This document shows positions 12,736-25,214 of a stretch of 64,000 nt of DNA, one piece after another. Each line of letters begins with the position of its first letter. The stretch's first letter is position 1. Origin of the DNA: Octopus sinensis (lineage: Eukaryota). Position numbers and translations under genes: made by a program. The stretch is from NCBI RefSeq assembly GCF_006345805.1, contig NC_043003.1:1860001-1924000 (forward strand), in the 5' to 3' direction. The notes beneath the pieces were generated by a model, which worked only from the letters and a program-made list of their open reading frames with translations, was not told the origin of the DNA and made no database searches.

Positions 12736-13693
12736 GATATATACAACAGGCTTCTTTCAGTTTCTGTCTAACAAATCCACTGAGAAGGCCTTGGTTGGCC
12801 AAAGGCTATAGTAGAAGGCACAAGTGGGACTGAACCCGGAACCATGTGGTCAGGAAGCAAGCTTCTTACCACATAGCCTTGCCTGTGCCTATATTGTAGA
12901 ATACATTTGCTCAAGGTGTCGCACTGTGGGACTGAACCTGAAACCATGTGGTTACAAAGTAAACCTCTTAATCACATGGCCATGCTTACACCTATTTCCC
13001 ACACAGAAGGTAACAACTTGTACAACACTCACAACTCAGAAAATGCAGAAAGGAAACAAACGAACAAAAAAGGAAGCATTCCTGAGAAGTCTAAGAGTGT
13101 TTGTAACAAAGAAATGCAAAAAAAAAAACCATTAAAAATATCAGATTACATAGGATTTGGGCCCCCTCCCCCACAATATTTCTGTAATAAATCACAATAG
13201 ATAACAAAGAACATGAAATAGTGTATGTGAAATGACAGATTGTACGGACATTTCCATGCAATGAAACTAAATGACACAATGTAAAAGCTTCGTTGGCCAA
13301 GTGGAAGGCATTTGTCATTGTCAGAGCAAGTTTTGACTCACAAGCAGATATGAAAATCCTCCCATCCAATACAAACAAATGGCTAAAAAGCGTTTTCTGT
13401 TTCTCTCCAACACTCAATCACTTGACAGGAAAACTGAATTTTGGTATGCAACCATAATATATGACAAGGTTTCTTAAATGTTTTTAGAATTCCACACTAC
13501 CGTGTTAGCAGTGCTATTAAATCATTCTTGAAGCTTACCTCTACAGATTTCCCAGCAGCATATCCAATACTGTTTCACCTCTCTATATCAACAAGCTGTC
13601 AATAAACATGTTTATATATTCTGTGTATTTTGAAAGCATCCTGATGTAGTCCTTATAAGGTATTTAAAATGTGAAATTATATTTTAATGAAAC

Positions 13694-13967
13694 ATGTCTT
13701 GAATGGCACAACAGTGCAGAGTGGACTATAATAACTGTTATCCATAGTCTGATATGATATAATATTGCGGAATACAAAAATTCCTTCTTCTGATATCCGT
13801 AGGAATTGATCGAGCCACTGCTGTAATCGGTTTTCCAATGGTTATTTGGCATCCGATTTTAGCACATTTCTCTGATAGCTTGATTAACTCCCCAGTGGTT
13901 GTGAACTGGGCCCATGTGTAGGAGCACATTGTAGTCCCACACTGCATCGTTGTGCCATTCAAGTCAT
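13694..13967. mobile_element. MITE with ~38-bp terminal inverted repeats
   Basis: tgtcttgaatggcacaacagtgcagagtggactataat (13695-13732) versus attgtagtcccacactgcatcgttgtgccattcaagtca (13928-13966). Confidence 0.85.
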
Positions 13968-14278
13968 TTTATATTTCACAAACAATACACAATGCTTCAA
14001 GAGAACTACAATACTCCCCTATATTTTCATGTATGTTTTGTAATTAATAATCTTATTTGAGAAATGAAACAATTGTTGGTTAATATGTTGATTAATTAAT
14101 AAATTAATTTGTATCCATTAGATCTCTCTGTTTTCTAACTCAATAAAAATGATATTCTATATAATATATTCATTGAAGGATTTTCTCTTCAAAATTTAAT
14201 ATATCAAACCAGTGCATCTTGGATAAATATCCCTATAAGAGGTTTCAATGTTCTCATTGTGTCTATATATACATGTGT

Positions 14279-14312
<34 letters not shown>

Positions 14313-14329
14313 GTTCAAATTTACAGAAA

Positions 14330-14506
14330 ACAAAAGACGAAGACAGGTGAAGGAACAACAAGTAGGTGTATTAGTTTAACGCTTGGGAAGAACAGAAAAA
14401 TCTTCGACATTTTGAGCCTATGCTCTTTGACAGAAAGGATTAAGAAAGAAAAAAAATAGAGTGAGAAAAAATGTGTAGGGATTAATGGTTCAACATGAAG
14501 AAATGA

Positions 14507-14543
<37 letters not shown>

Positions 14544-14940
14544 AGCACCCACTTCAACAGTGTGAATCATTCTATTGCAGATTTATCAGTGTGTGGCATG
14601 GCTTTGCCTTACAGACCCTGCTTCTCTTGGCACTACGTCCCCAACAAGTATGAATGAACATTTTCCCTTTCATCCTTTCACCCTTTTTAATCCTCCTCCC
14701 ACCCTCTCCCTGCAACATTCTCATATTTACTTACCTCTACTCTCTCCACCACCCTTTTTCCTTCTCTTTTCTGAACGCCCTCTCCTACAACTTCTGTTTC
14801 ATGTTAGCAGCCCATGTTATTCTGCATCCATTATCAGTTGCAGCCAGTTCTTCAAGCTGGGAAGATGTAAACTCTCTTTGACTTTTTTTCTCTTTTTCTC
14901 TATCTGCTGATGAAGGATTGAATCCAAAACATTGGATATT
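14330..14940. mobile_element. Penelope-like element 3' remnants: a minus-strand tail at ~14330-14470 and a plus-strand GIY-YIG C-terminus plus 3' UTR at ~14548-14940, separated by (TA)n
   Basis: Plus frame from 14550 reads HFNSVNHSIADLSVCGMAL...LGTTSPTSMNEHFPF, typical of the end of PLE GIY-YIG domains. Degenerate hammerhead motifs lie at 14402-14437 (-) and 14901-14938 (+). Confidence 0.7.
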
Positions 14941-14989
14941 CCATTCCTCACGGCAACTTCACAGAACCCCTTTCACTTCTTTCTATATA

Positions 14990-15950
14990 TACGCACACAT
15001 GAGTATGCACATTCATGGAAAACAAGATGTAGTTGACTACCAAAGGTAAAGTATTTATACTTTTATATACATACCAGCTTAAAAGCTGCCCGATAGGGTG
15101 GCTTTTAAGCAACTGACCCTGAACGGGAAGATCTGCAAACAGATCTCTGACTTGTTTTGGAGAATTTGTTGCAACTGCTTCCTCCAGAGTCATATGATCC
15201 TAATGATGATCATATTTTCCAGCATTAAACTGCATGTTGTTTATTTCGGCCCACTTGTATACTGAGTTCAAGTCCTGCTGTAAGCTTGTAATATCCTCTT
15301 GGTTTTTTACTGCCTGTGATGATTTTGTGTCATTGGCATAGCTAACGACTGGCTGCCTGGGTGACTGTGGGCATATCTAAGAGGGCTGTTATGAACAGTA
15401 ATGGCCGCAGAACAGTTCCCTGGGGGACACCACTTAGGATTTCAGTTTCCTCCCTTCTGATTTTAAGGAAGTCATGCAGCCATTCTCCCAGTTTACCAGC
15501 GATGCCAAGGTCTTGTAGCTTATGACACATCATGCCATGATCTACCTTATCAAATGCCATTGCAAAGTCACGGTATATCACACTGACATCTGAATGGGCA
15601 AGCCGCTGTTTCAAAACCCAGTCATAGTGCTGAAGGAGCTGTGTGAGGCAGCTTCTTCCTGGGCAGAAGCCATGCTGTGTATTATTCAGTTGGTCATTTT
15701 CTTCTAGGAACATTACCAACTTCATTCTTATGATTCGCTCCAGTCAGAGAGATTGGTCAGTAGCTTTTGGCCTCTGCTCTGCTCCCACCTTTGTGGATAG
15801 GGCATATAAATACCTTCTTTCAGCTTTTAACAAAGTATACCACTTGCAAGGAAACTTTGGAAGAGCATCTGAAGTGGTTCCCCTAAATCCTGCCTACATG
15901 ACTTTAGGAGAACAGCTGGGAAGCCATCAGGACCAGGGATGAAGCATGAT
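14990..15950 (-). mobile_element. Degenerate CR1/L2-group LINE reverse transcriptase fragment
   Basis: QHGFCPGRSCLTQLL...VIYRDFAMAFDKVDHG...SGVPQGTVLRPLLF (RT domains 2-4), with deletions and stops. Confidence 0.85.
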
Positions 15951-16317
15951 CTCATTTCATCTATGGCTGCTGTTACATCTGTTTCCTCAATGTTGATGTA
16001 ATCGATGGCTGGCGCCTCCTTTTTTAGAGAAGCTGCAATATCAAAGAATTCAGCTGGATATTCTGTATCTCTATGTGTCCAAGAGGGGAAAGTGAAGACA
16101 CTTGAAATTGTTCACTGAGTATTTCACTTATTCACCCTGGGTCTGCTGTCAGTGAGGCATTTCCTTGGAACAGCATGGATTTTTGTCAGTGAAGAGGTCG
16201 TGGTCTTGAAGCGCCGAAAATATTTTGGCAACTTAAACTTAAATGTTGAAGTGAATCAAACGGCTTTTGTGTGTTTCTTAAATGGCCTACAAACACCTTC
16301 CACGCTGCAATTGTTAT

Positions 16318-16974
16318 ATATTTATATACACATATATATATATACATACATATATATATACATACATATATACATATAAATATACATACATATATATATA
16401 CATACATATATATATACATATATATATACATACATATATATATACATATATATATATACATATATATATATACATACATAATATATACATACATATATAT
16501 ATACATACATATATTATATACATACATATATATATACATACATATATATATACATACGTATACATATATATATATATACATACATATATATATACATACA
16601 TATATATATACATACGTATACATATATATATATATACATACATATATATATACATACGTATATATACATATATATATATATACATACATATACATATATA
16701 TATATACATATACATATATATATATACATATATATATATATGCACACATATATATACACATACATATATATATACATACGTATATATACATATATATACA
16801 TATATACATACATATACATATATACATATATGCACACATATATATATACACACACACACATATATATATACATACATATATATACATATACATACATACA
16901 TATATATACATATATATACATATACATACATATATATATACATACATACATACATATATATACATATATATACA

Positions 16975-17008
<34 letters not shown>

Positions 17009-17100
17009 CATACATACATATACACATACATATACATACATACATGTACATACATATACATACATACAAATACATACATACATACATATATATATATATA
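16318..17100. repeat. ~780-bp compound (TA)/(TACA)/(TATACA) microsatellite
   Basis: Direct reading; it generates the Y/I/H/T low-complexity ORFs in the track. Confidence 0.97.
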
Positions 17101-18075
17101 TGACTCCAAGCTACAGAAGGTCATAAATGAGGCGAGTGACCGGACATGCCTTCAGTCAGATCTACTGGCTGTTATCCAATGGGCAGAAAAAAAACAATAT
17201 GCTGCTGAACGAGGATAAATTTGAGCTAATCCACTTTGGAAAAGAGGATGCCCTGAAACTCCCATACTCCCTTCCTTCAGGTGAAACTCTCGCGGCGTCC
17301 AACAACATCAGAGACTTGGGAGTAATTGTGGACAACAACATAAGCTGGGCCACTCATATAAACACCAAAGTTGACATAGCCCGCAGAAAGTGTTCCTGGA
17401 TTCTCAGAACTTTCCAGTCGAGAGATATCCACACCATTATCCTTCTCTTCTCCACTTTTGCCCGACCCCACCTTGAATACTGTTGTCCACTGTAGTCTCC
17501 CCACACAATACAAGGTATCATAAAAGTTAAAGCACCTCAAAGGGCAATCACAAAAAAGATAAATGGCATGACAGGCCTCGACTATTGGGGTCGACTAGAA
17601 AAGCTAAAACTCTATTCTCTCCAACGTCGTCGTGAGCGCTACATCATCTGCATGATGTGGAAAATATTCCATCAGCATTGCCCAAATGATGTTGGCATCA
17701 CCTTTAAGGTACATCCAAGGCTTGGGCCCCGTGCCATCCGCCCAAAACAAAAATCGCACTCTCATCTCATAACAACAATACGGCACAATTATTTCACCTC
17801 AATTGGCCCCGCTCTCTTTAACATTACACCAAAACACATTAAAACAGAAACTGACCCTATAGGGTTCAAGAAGTCTTTGGACAGATTCCTTCAAGAAATC
17901 CCGGATAAACCCCCTACACCCGGATATGTCTCTGTAAACAATAACTCTCTACTTGAGTGGGCCATAGTGCCCAAATTCTGACTTGAAAGACTTCACCAGG
18001 TGGTGCTATTAAGTTAGACATGGCCTGGGCCAATAATGGCCGAAACCTATCAAAGTATCAAAGTATCAAAGTATA
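17101..18075 (+). mobile_element. 5'-truncated CR1-group LINE (post-YADD RT C-terminus, 3' UTR, (ATCAAAGT)n tail)
   Basis: DSKL...LQSDL...[11 protein letters not shown]...IRDLGVIVDNN...RPHLEYCCPL*SPH...LYSLQRRRERY...SLDRFLQEIPDKP..NNNSLLEW, with one frameshift and one stop. An 8-bp tandem tail lies at ~18047-18074. Confidence 0.93.
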
Positions 18076-18083
18076 TATATATA

Positions 18084-20184
18084 TCATCATCATCATCATC
18101 ATCATCATCGTTTAACGTCCGCTTTCCGAGCTAGCACGGGTTGGACGGTTCGACCGGGTCTGGGAAGCCAGGGGCCGCTCCAGGCTCCAGTCTGAATCTG
18201 GCAGAGTTTCTACGGCTGGATGCCCTTCCTAACGCCAACCACTCCGTGAGTGGATTTGGTGCTTTTTACGTGCCACCTGCACAGGGGCCGGAGGGTCCGG
18301 CATCGTCACGATCGGTTCGAGCATTTTAACGTGTCAGCGGCACGGGGGCATCGAGGTCCGGGGTACTTTGGGGATCGGGGTACTTTGGGGATCCAGGGTA
18401 CTTTGGGATCCGGGGTACTTAGAATGGGTAGGGGGTATGTGGAATTGCTGCAGAAAGCAGCCCGGGTCTTTGTAGTCACAGCATATCTCCAGAGATCTCG
18501 GTCCTTCGCCATTGCCTCAGTGAGGCCCAATGCTCTGAGGTCATGCTTGACCACCTCATCCCATGTCTTCCTGGGTCTACCTCTCCCCCTGATACCTTCA
18601 ACTGTTTGGGAGTGGCACTTCTTCACACATCTCTCTTCATCCATCCGCAGCACATGACCATACCATCGCAAGCGTCGCTCTTGCACACCACATCTGATGC
18701 TTCTTATATCCAGCATTTCTCTCAGATACTTACACTCTGTTTTGCGTGCACACTGACACTACACATCCAGCGGATCATGCTAGCTTCATTTCTTTCAAGT
18801 CTACGCATGTCTTCTGCAGTCACAGCCCATGTTTCATTACCGTGAAGCATGGCAGTTCGCACACATGCATCATACAATCTACCTTTTGCTCTGAGGGAGA
18901 GACCTTTTTTGCCAGTAGGGGTAGGAGCTTTCTGAACTTTGCCCAGGCTATTCGTATTCTAGTGGTGATACTCTCTGTGCATCCACCTCCGCTACTAACT
19001 TGGTCTCCCAGGTAGCGGAAACTATCAACTACTTCTAGTTTCTCTCCCTGGAGTGTGATGGAATCTGTTTTCTGAGTGTCTGTTGTGTCTATTGTCCCTG
19101 TGCATCTGCCGCACATGAAAGCTATCTTATCTGTTAATTTCCCTTTAATGTTGCTGCACCTCTTATGTGTCCATAACTTACATTGGGTGCATCTTATGGA
19201 GTTTCTACCTGTACCTTTCCTACAGGTTGAGCAGGGCCACCTACCCGAGGGGATGTGTGCTGAGTACCTCTTGCTGCTTACTAATACTTTGGTCTTTGCT
19301 ACATTTATTCTAAGGCCCTTTGATTCCAACCCTTGCTTCCACACCCGAAATTTCTCTTCTAGTTCCGGTAGTGATTCTGCTATGAGAGCTAGGTCATCGG
19401 CATAGAGGAGCTCCCAGGGGCATCCCGTTTTGAATTCCTCTGTTATTGCCTGAAGGACTATGATGAATAAAAGGGGACTGAGGGCTGAGCCCTGGTGCAC
19501 ACCTACTTCTACCCGGAATTCTTCACTATATTCGTTGCCAATCCTAACCTTGTTGACAGCCTCTCTGTATAGAGCCTGTACAGCCCTTATTAGCCATTCT
19601 TCAATCTCCAGTTTCCGCATCGACCACCAGATAAGGGAATGGGGAACCCTGTCAAAGGCTTTCTCCAAGTCTACAAAAGCTATGTAGAGGGGTTTATCTT
19701 TAGCTAGATACTTCTCCTGCAGTTGTCGAACCAGGAATATAGCATCAGTGGTGCTTCTACCTGGTACAAAACCGAACTGCATTTCATCTAAACAAATTCT
19801 CTCCCTAATGAGATGGTTATGACCTTCTCTGAGACCTTCATCACCTGGTCCAACAGTTTGATACCTCTGTAGTTATTTCTATCTAGAGCATCACCCTTAC
19901 CCTTGTAGCAGTTGACTATGGTGCTGCTGCACCAGTCATTGGGTATGACTCCATTGTGAACTACCTGGTTTACAATGCGGGTGACTATGGCATAGCCCAC
20001 ATAGCCAGCTGTTTTAAGCATCTCAGCAGTGATTCCTGATAGGCCAGGGGCTTTGCCTGGTTTCATATCCTTAATTGCCTTATCTACAAGGGAGCTGTCT
20101 ATTCGGGTAGCTGGACCCTCTACTGGGTCAACATTTGGCAGGCTCTCCTCCTCCCATTCATTCTCCTCATTCAGCAGTCTTTAC
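18084..20184 (-). mobile_element. 5'-truncated RTE-clade LINE: frameshifted RT ORF with an inserted PHD-like C4HC3 finger, 3' UTR and (GAT)n tail
   Basis: KPGKAPGLSG, NYRGIKLL, QFGFVPGRSTTDAIF, FVDLEKAFDRVP, GVHQGSALSPLLF, YADD, FRYLG and GRGRPRKTW motifs in ORFs 19788-20066, 18820-19782 and 18306-18716. Confidence 0.96.
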
Positions 20185-20202
20185 ACACATATATATATAC
20201 GT

Positions 20203-21070
20203 AGAGAGAAAAGCTGGACCTAAGAAGCATCAGTTGTGGTGTGCAAGAAAGACGTTTGCGCTGGTATGGTCATGTGGCGAGAATGGATGAAGATAGTTGT
20301 GTGAAAAAGTGCCACACCCTAGCGGTTGAGGGAACCTGTGGAAGAAGCAGACCCAGGAAAACCTGGGACGAGGTGGTGAAGCACGACCTTCGAACTTTAG
20401 GTCTCACTGAGGAAATGACTAGAGACCGAGACCTCTGGAAGTGTGCTGTGCGCGAGAAGACCCGGTAGGACAAGTGAGTCCATAACCCGTGGCCTTCTAC
20501 ATGGGATGGAGCCAGCCTACGTATGCATACCTTCCCTTCTTGGGACACTCTACTTGTGAAGACGTGATGAGGCAAGTGAGGATCAGAATCGAAATCGATC
20601 AATGGAAATTGCGGATGTGCTACCAGTGCCGGTGGCATGTCAAAACTCTGCTTGTGAAGACCCGTTGAAGCAAGTGACGATCAGAATCGAAATCGATCAA
20701 TGGAAATTGCAGATGTGTTACCAGTGCCGGTGGCATGTAAGAGAACTTTCCGTTTCGCGACCGTTGCCAGCACCGCCCCGTTTCGTGTCCGTTGCCAGCC
20801 TCGCCTGGCCCTCGTGCCGGTGGCACATAAAAAGCACCATCCGTTCGTGGCCGTTTGCCAGCTCTGTCTGGCACCAGTGCGGGTGGCACGTAAAAAGCAC
20901 CCACTACACTCACGGAGTGGTTGGCGTTAGGAAGGGCATCCAGCCGTAGAAACACTGCCAGATTTGACTGGGCCTGATGAAGCCTTCTGGCTTCACAGAC
21001 CCCAGTAGAACCGTCCAACCCATGCTAGCATGGAAAACGGACGCTAAACGATGATGATGATGATGATGAT
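20203..21070 (+). mobile_element. RTE LINE 3' fragment, head-to-head with the previous copy, containing a ~98-bp tandem duplication (~20550-20740)
   Basis: ERRLRWYGHVARM...RPRKTWDEVVKHD. The segment cttgtgaagac...gccggtggcatgt occurs twice, then the (gat)n tail. Confidence 0.9.
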
Positions 21071-22075
21071 GTATGTATATATAGGTTGCCCTGTTGCTTG
21101 GTGTGCGTTGCTAAGTAATTAAGTTATTGAAGCCCCCACCCATTTATATATACAGATACATATATTTGTGTGTGTGTGTCTGTCTGTATATATATATATA
21201 TATATATGTACAGACAGACACACACACATATAGCTTTTTTTTTTATTATTGCAACTGAAATTGAAAGCTCGTCATGCAATACCTGCCCCCTGCCCCTACC
21301 TATTCGAATGTATGTGTTGTTTGTTTAGTAATTTGGTTTATTTCTAGTGACATGGAAAGAACCGACCGAATTAAGAATGAGCAGCGGCAAAGGTCATATG
21401 AGTTGCTAAACAATTTGATTGAGAATAAAAATGGATCCTAAATGAAGTTGAATTACCTTTGCTGAACGAGTGGTCTGAACAGAAGAGAATTAGTTACCTG
21501 TCAGTTATTTGAAGACGTATTTTAAAAGGTGTTTGGTGCAGTTCTGCCCTTGTTTTCTAAGGTTTAAAATGTCTCGCTTGCTGTTATTCTAGTTTAGACA
21601 GCATCAAAATAACTGGAAATTCCTGAGATTTCAGACAACTAAAGTTTACATAGACACAAGAATAGCTCTGTGGTTAAGAAACTTGTTTTGCGAGCACGGG
21701 GTTTCAGGTTCAGTCCCACTGTGTGATTCCTTGAACAAGTGTCTTCTACTATAGCCTCGGAACGACCAATGCCTTGTTAGTGAATTTGGTAGGTGAAAAC
21801 TGTGTGGAAGCCTATTATATATACATTCATATATATGAAGCCCTTCATGGGTGTGTATATATATATATATATATATGACAAGCTTCTTTCAGTTTCCGTC
21901 TACCAAATCCACTCACAAAGCCTTGGATGGCCTGAGGCTATAGTAGGAGACACTTGCCCAAGGTGCCATGCAGTGGGACTGAACCTGGAACTACATGGTT
22001 TGGGAAGCAAGTTTCTTAACACGCAGCCACTCTGTGCCTATAATCACTCCTGCACCTATCCCCACTCCTGTGCCT

Positions 22076-22110
<35 letters not shown>

Positions 22111-23479
22111 TCATCATTTATATATATATATATTATATTATATATATATATATATATATATAATAGGCACAGGAGTGGGCATTATATATATATATATTCG
22201 AACCAATCCTATGACTGGCACCCGGCAGATGCCAGGACCCCTGGACTGGTGGTACGTAAAAAGCACTATCCGAATCGTGGACGATGCCAGCGCCGCCTCG
22301 ACTGGCTTCCGTGCCAGTGGCACGTAAAAAGCATCATCAGAATCGTGGCCGATGCCAGTGCCGCCTCGACTGGCTTCCATGCCAGTGGCACGTAAAATGC
22401 ACCAATCCGACCGTGGCCGATGCCAGCCTCGCCTGGCACCTGTGCAAGTGGCACGTAAAAAGCACCCACTACACTCACGGAGTGGTTGGCGTCAGGAAGG
22501 GCATCCAGCTGTAGAAACACTGCCAGATCAGAATGGGGCCTGGTGCAGCCTCCTGGCTTCCCAGATCCCCAGTCGAACTGTCCAACCCTTGCTAGCATGG
22601 AAAGCGGACGTTAAACGATGATGATGATGATGATATCATCATCATCATTTAATGCCTGTTTTCTATGCTGGCATGGCTTGGATGGTTTGATAGGAGCTGG
22701 CCAGCTGGAGGTCTGCTCCGAAGCTCTACTGTCTGCTTTGGCCTGGTTCTCTATGGCTGGACGCCCTTCCTAATGCCAACCACTTCACAGAGTATATAGG
22801 GCGAATTTTATGTGGCACCAGCACCAGTGAGATCACCAAGTCAGTTGCAAGACAAAGACCTCTCAACTGAGAGGGGGAGTGGTACTGAGGGAGGTGGCTT
22901 TGTGCCAGGAGATGGGAGATTAAACTATGATAGAACGGCAGAAACAGGTGTCTTGCTGTAGGGGAGGTACTTGGTTATCCCAGTTGGAGGAAGAGTGAGA
23001 GTGTGTGGGGGAGAGACAGAATGAGAAAGATGGTGGCAATGTGCCTGGGCGTACATTTACGGTGCAAAGGGATGAATATAAACAAAATGGTAGAGGATTG
23101 CACCCCAGGGTTCATGAGCAGGGATCTGGCAAAAGTGTAAAGGAGGAGAGGGGAGGGGAGGGGAATGCAGTGAGTGGTAAAACATGGGTATATGGGGTGG
23201 GTGGGGCAAAGATAGCAGCAATACTGTTGGCTGGGATTGGACAGGAGAGCGAGATGTGGGGCTGAAGGAGTGGTGAGGGGTGGGAATGCATTTTGTGCAT
23301 GAAGAAGGGATGTAGAGTGGAGGGTATGAATTAATGTTACATTCAGAAGGAATACACAGCACTTCCAGAAGTTAGTTTCACTGAGGTGGGCAAGTCTTCT
23401 CAAGAACCTCATTGCCAGACATCTCGAGACATTGTCATCACCTCCATCAGCTTCAACATCTTGAGGTAAAGGTGAAGGG

Positions 23480-23810
23480 TAAAGATCCATATGAAACATG
23501 AATGACCATGGGATTGCACCTAGAAAGTTACCCTCCGAGGCACAAGTCTGGGCAAAGATGTTTATGGAAGACCAGCAGTCACCCATGCATACCAGCCTCC
23601 CTTCTCCATGCCACTGATGCTGTTGAAGGGAAATGAAAAGGGGCCGATACAGCTTGGCACCAATGACATCACAACTTGTTTCTACAGCTGAGTGAACTGG
23701 AGCGACATGAAATGAAGTGTCTTGCTCAAGAACACAACACAGCCCAGTCTGGGAATCGAACTCACTATCTCATGATTGTGAGCCCAATGCTCTAACCACT
23801 GCACCTTCAC
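23480..23810 (-). mobile_element. tRNA-derived SINE (third family)
   Basis: Minus strand begins gtgcagtggttagagcattgggctcacaatcatgagatagtgagttcgattccc (A and B boxes), then gtgttcttgagcaagacacttc. Confidence 0.7.
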
Positions 23811-23857
23811 TTGAGGTATATATATGTGCCAGCATCTTGAGGTATATATACATATAC

Positions 23858-25045
23858 ACCCTAGCAGTTGAGGGAACCTGTGGAAGAGGTAGACCCAGGA
23901 AAACCTGGGACGAAGTGGTGAAGCATGACCTACGAACTTTAGGTCTCACCAAGGAAATGACTAGAGACCGAGACCTATGGAAGTATGCTGTGCGTGAGAA
24001 GACCCGGCAAGACTAGTCAGGCCATAACCCGTGGCCCCTACCTAGGACGTAGTCAGTCCACCTGTGCATACCTTCCTTCTTGTGACACTTGTGAAGACCT
24101 GTTGAGGCAAGTGAAAATCAAAATAGATGAACATCAATGGAATTTGTATCTTTGTGGTACCAGTGCCGGTGGCACACAAGAATACCATCCGAACGTGGGC
24201 ATAGCCAGTACCGCACCGACTGGCCTCCATGCTGTGGGCACGTAACAATCACCATCCAATCGTGGCCAATCGCCAGCCTAATCTGGCTCCTGTGTCGGTG
24301 GCACATAAAAAAAAAACACCATCCGAGCGTGGTCGTCTGCTAGCCTCGTCTGGCACCTGTGTCGGTGGCACATAAAAACACCATCCGAGCGTGGTCGTCT
24401 GCTAGCCTTGTCTGGCACCTGTGTCGGTGGCACATAAAAACACCATCCGAGCGTGGCCGTTTGCCAGCCTCGTCTGGCACTGTGTCGGTGGCACATAAAA
24501 ACACCATCCGAGCGTGGTCGTTCTGCTAGCCTCGTCTGGCACCTGTGTCGGTGGCACATAAAAACACCATCCGAGCGTGGTCGTCTGCTAGCCTTGTCTG
24601 GCACCTGTGTCGGTGGCACATAAAAACACCATCCGAGCGTGGCCGTTCGCCAGCCTCGTCTGGCACCTGTGCGGTGGCACATAAAAACACCATCCGAGCG
24701 TGGTCGTCTGCTAGCCTCGTCTGGCACCTGTGTCGGTGGCACATAAAAACCACCATCCGAGCGTGGCCGTTTGCCAGCCTCGTCTGGCACCTGTGTCGGT
24801 GGCACATAAAAACACCATCCGAGCGTGGCCGTTCGCCAGCCTCGTCTGGCACCTGTGTCGGTGGCACATAAAATCACCCACTACACTCTCGGAGTGGTGG
24901 CGTTAGGAAGGGCATCCAGCTGTAGAAACACTGCCAGATCTGACTGGCCTGGTGCAGCCTTCGGGCTCCCCAGACACCAGTTGAACCGTCCAACCCATGC
25001 TAGCATGGAAAGCGGACGTTAAATGATGATGATGATGATGAGATG
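23858..25045 (+). mobile_element. RTE LINE 3' fragment whose 3' UTR holds an expanded 62-bp tandem array
   Basis: TLAVEGTCGRGRPRKTWDEVVKHDL, then the RTE 3' UTR and (gat)n tail. Confidence 0.9.
24285..24870 (+). repeat. 62-bp minisatellite, ~9.5 copies
   Basis: Unit gcctcgtctggcacctgtgtcggtggcacataaaaacaccatccgagcgtggtcgtctgcta; atccgagcg recurs at 24321, 24383, 24445 and onward. Confidence 0.95.
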
Positions 25046-25183
25046 ATATATATATATATATATATATACCGAGTAGTAAACACATAAATGTGAAACAAGG
25101 TGGAAAAAAGAGTACTCAAATACCAGTGGTAGAGTAATATGCTTTATTTAAAGCAGCAGAAAATTCAACAATAAAATATATAT

Positions 25184-25214
<31 letters not shown>

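Noticed and set aside
13091-13417. 108-aa minus-strand ORF that reads like a real protein
   Set aside because: Non-ATG start, no recognisable motif and no convincing splice sites; left uncalled pending BLAST.
13539-13595. 57-nt minus-strand exon with an in-frame TGA (C-U-Y-R) as a selenoprotein
   Set aside because: No match to selenoprotein motifs I know and no SECIS seen; more plausibly a UTR exon or chance.
13738-13962. Cys-containing 74-aa ORF as a gene
   Set aside because: It lies entirely inside a MITE defined by 38-bp terminal inverted repeats.
16186-17218. Y/I/H/M/C-rich ORFs (also at 8762-9033, 32720-35146 and 58456-59611)
   Set aside because: Microsatellite translations.
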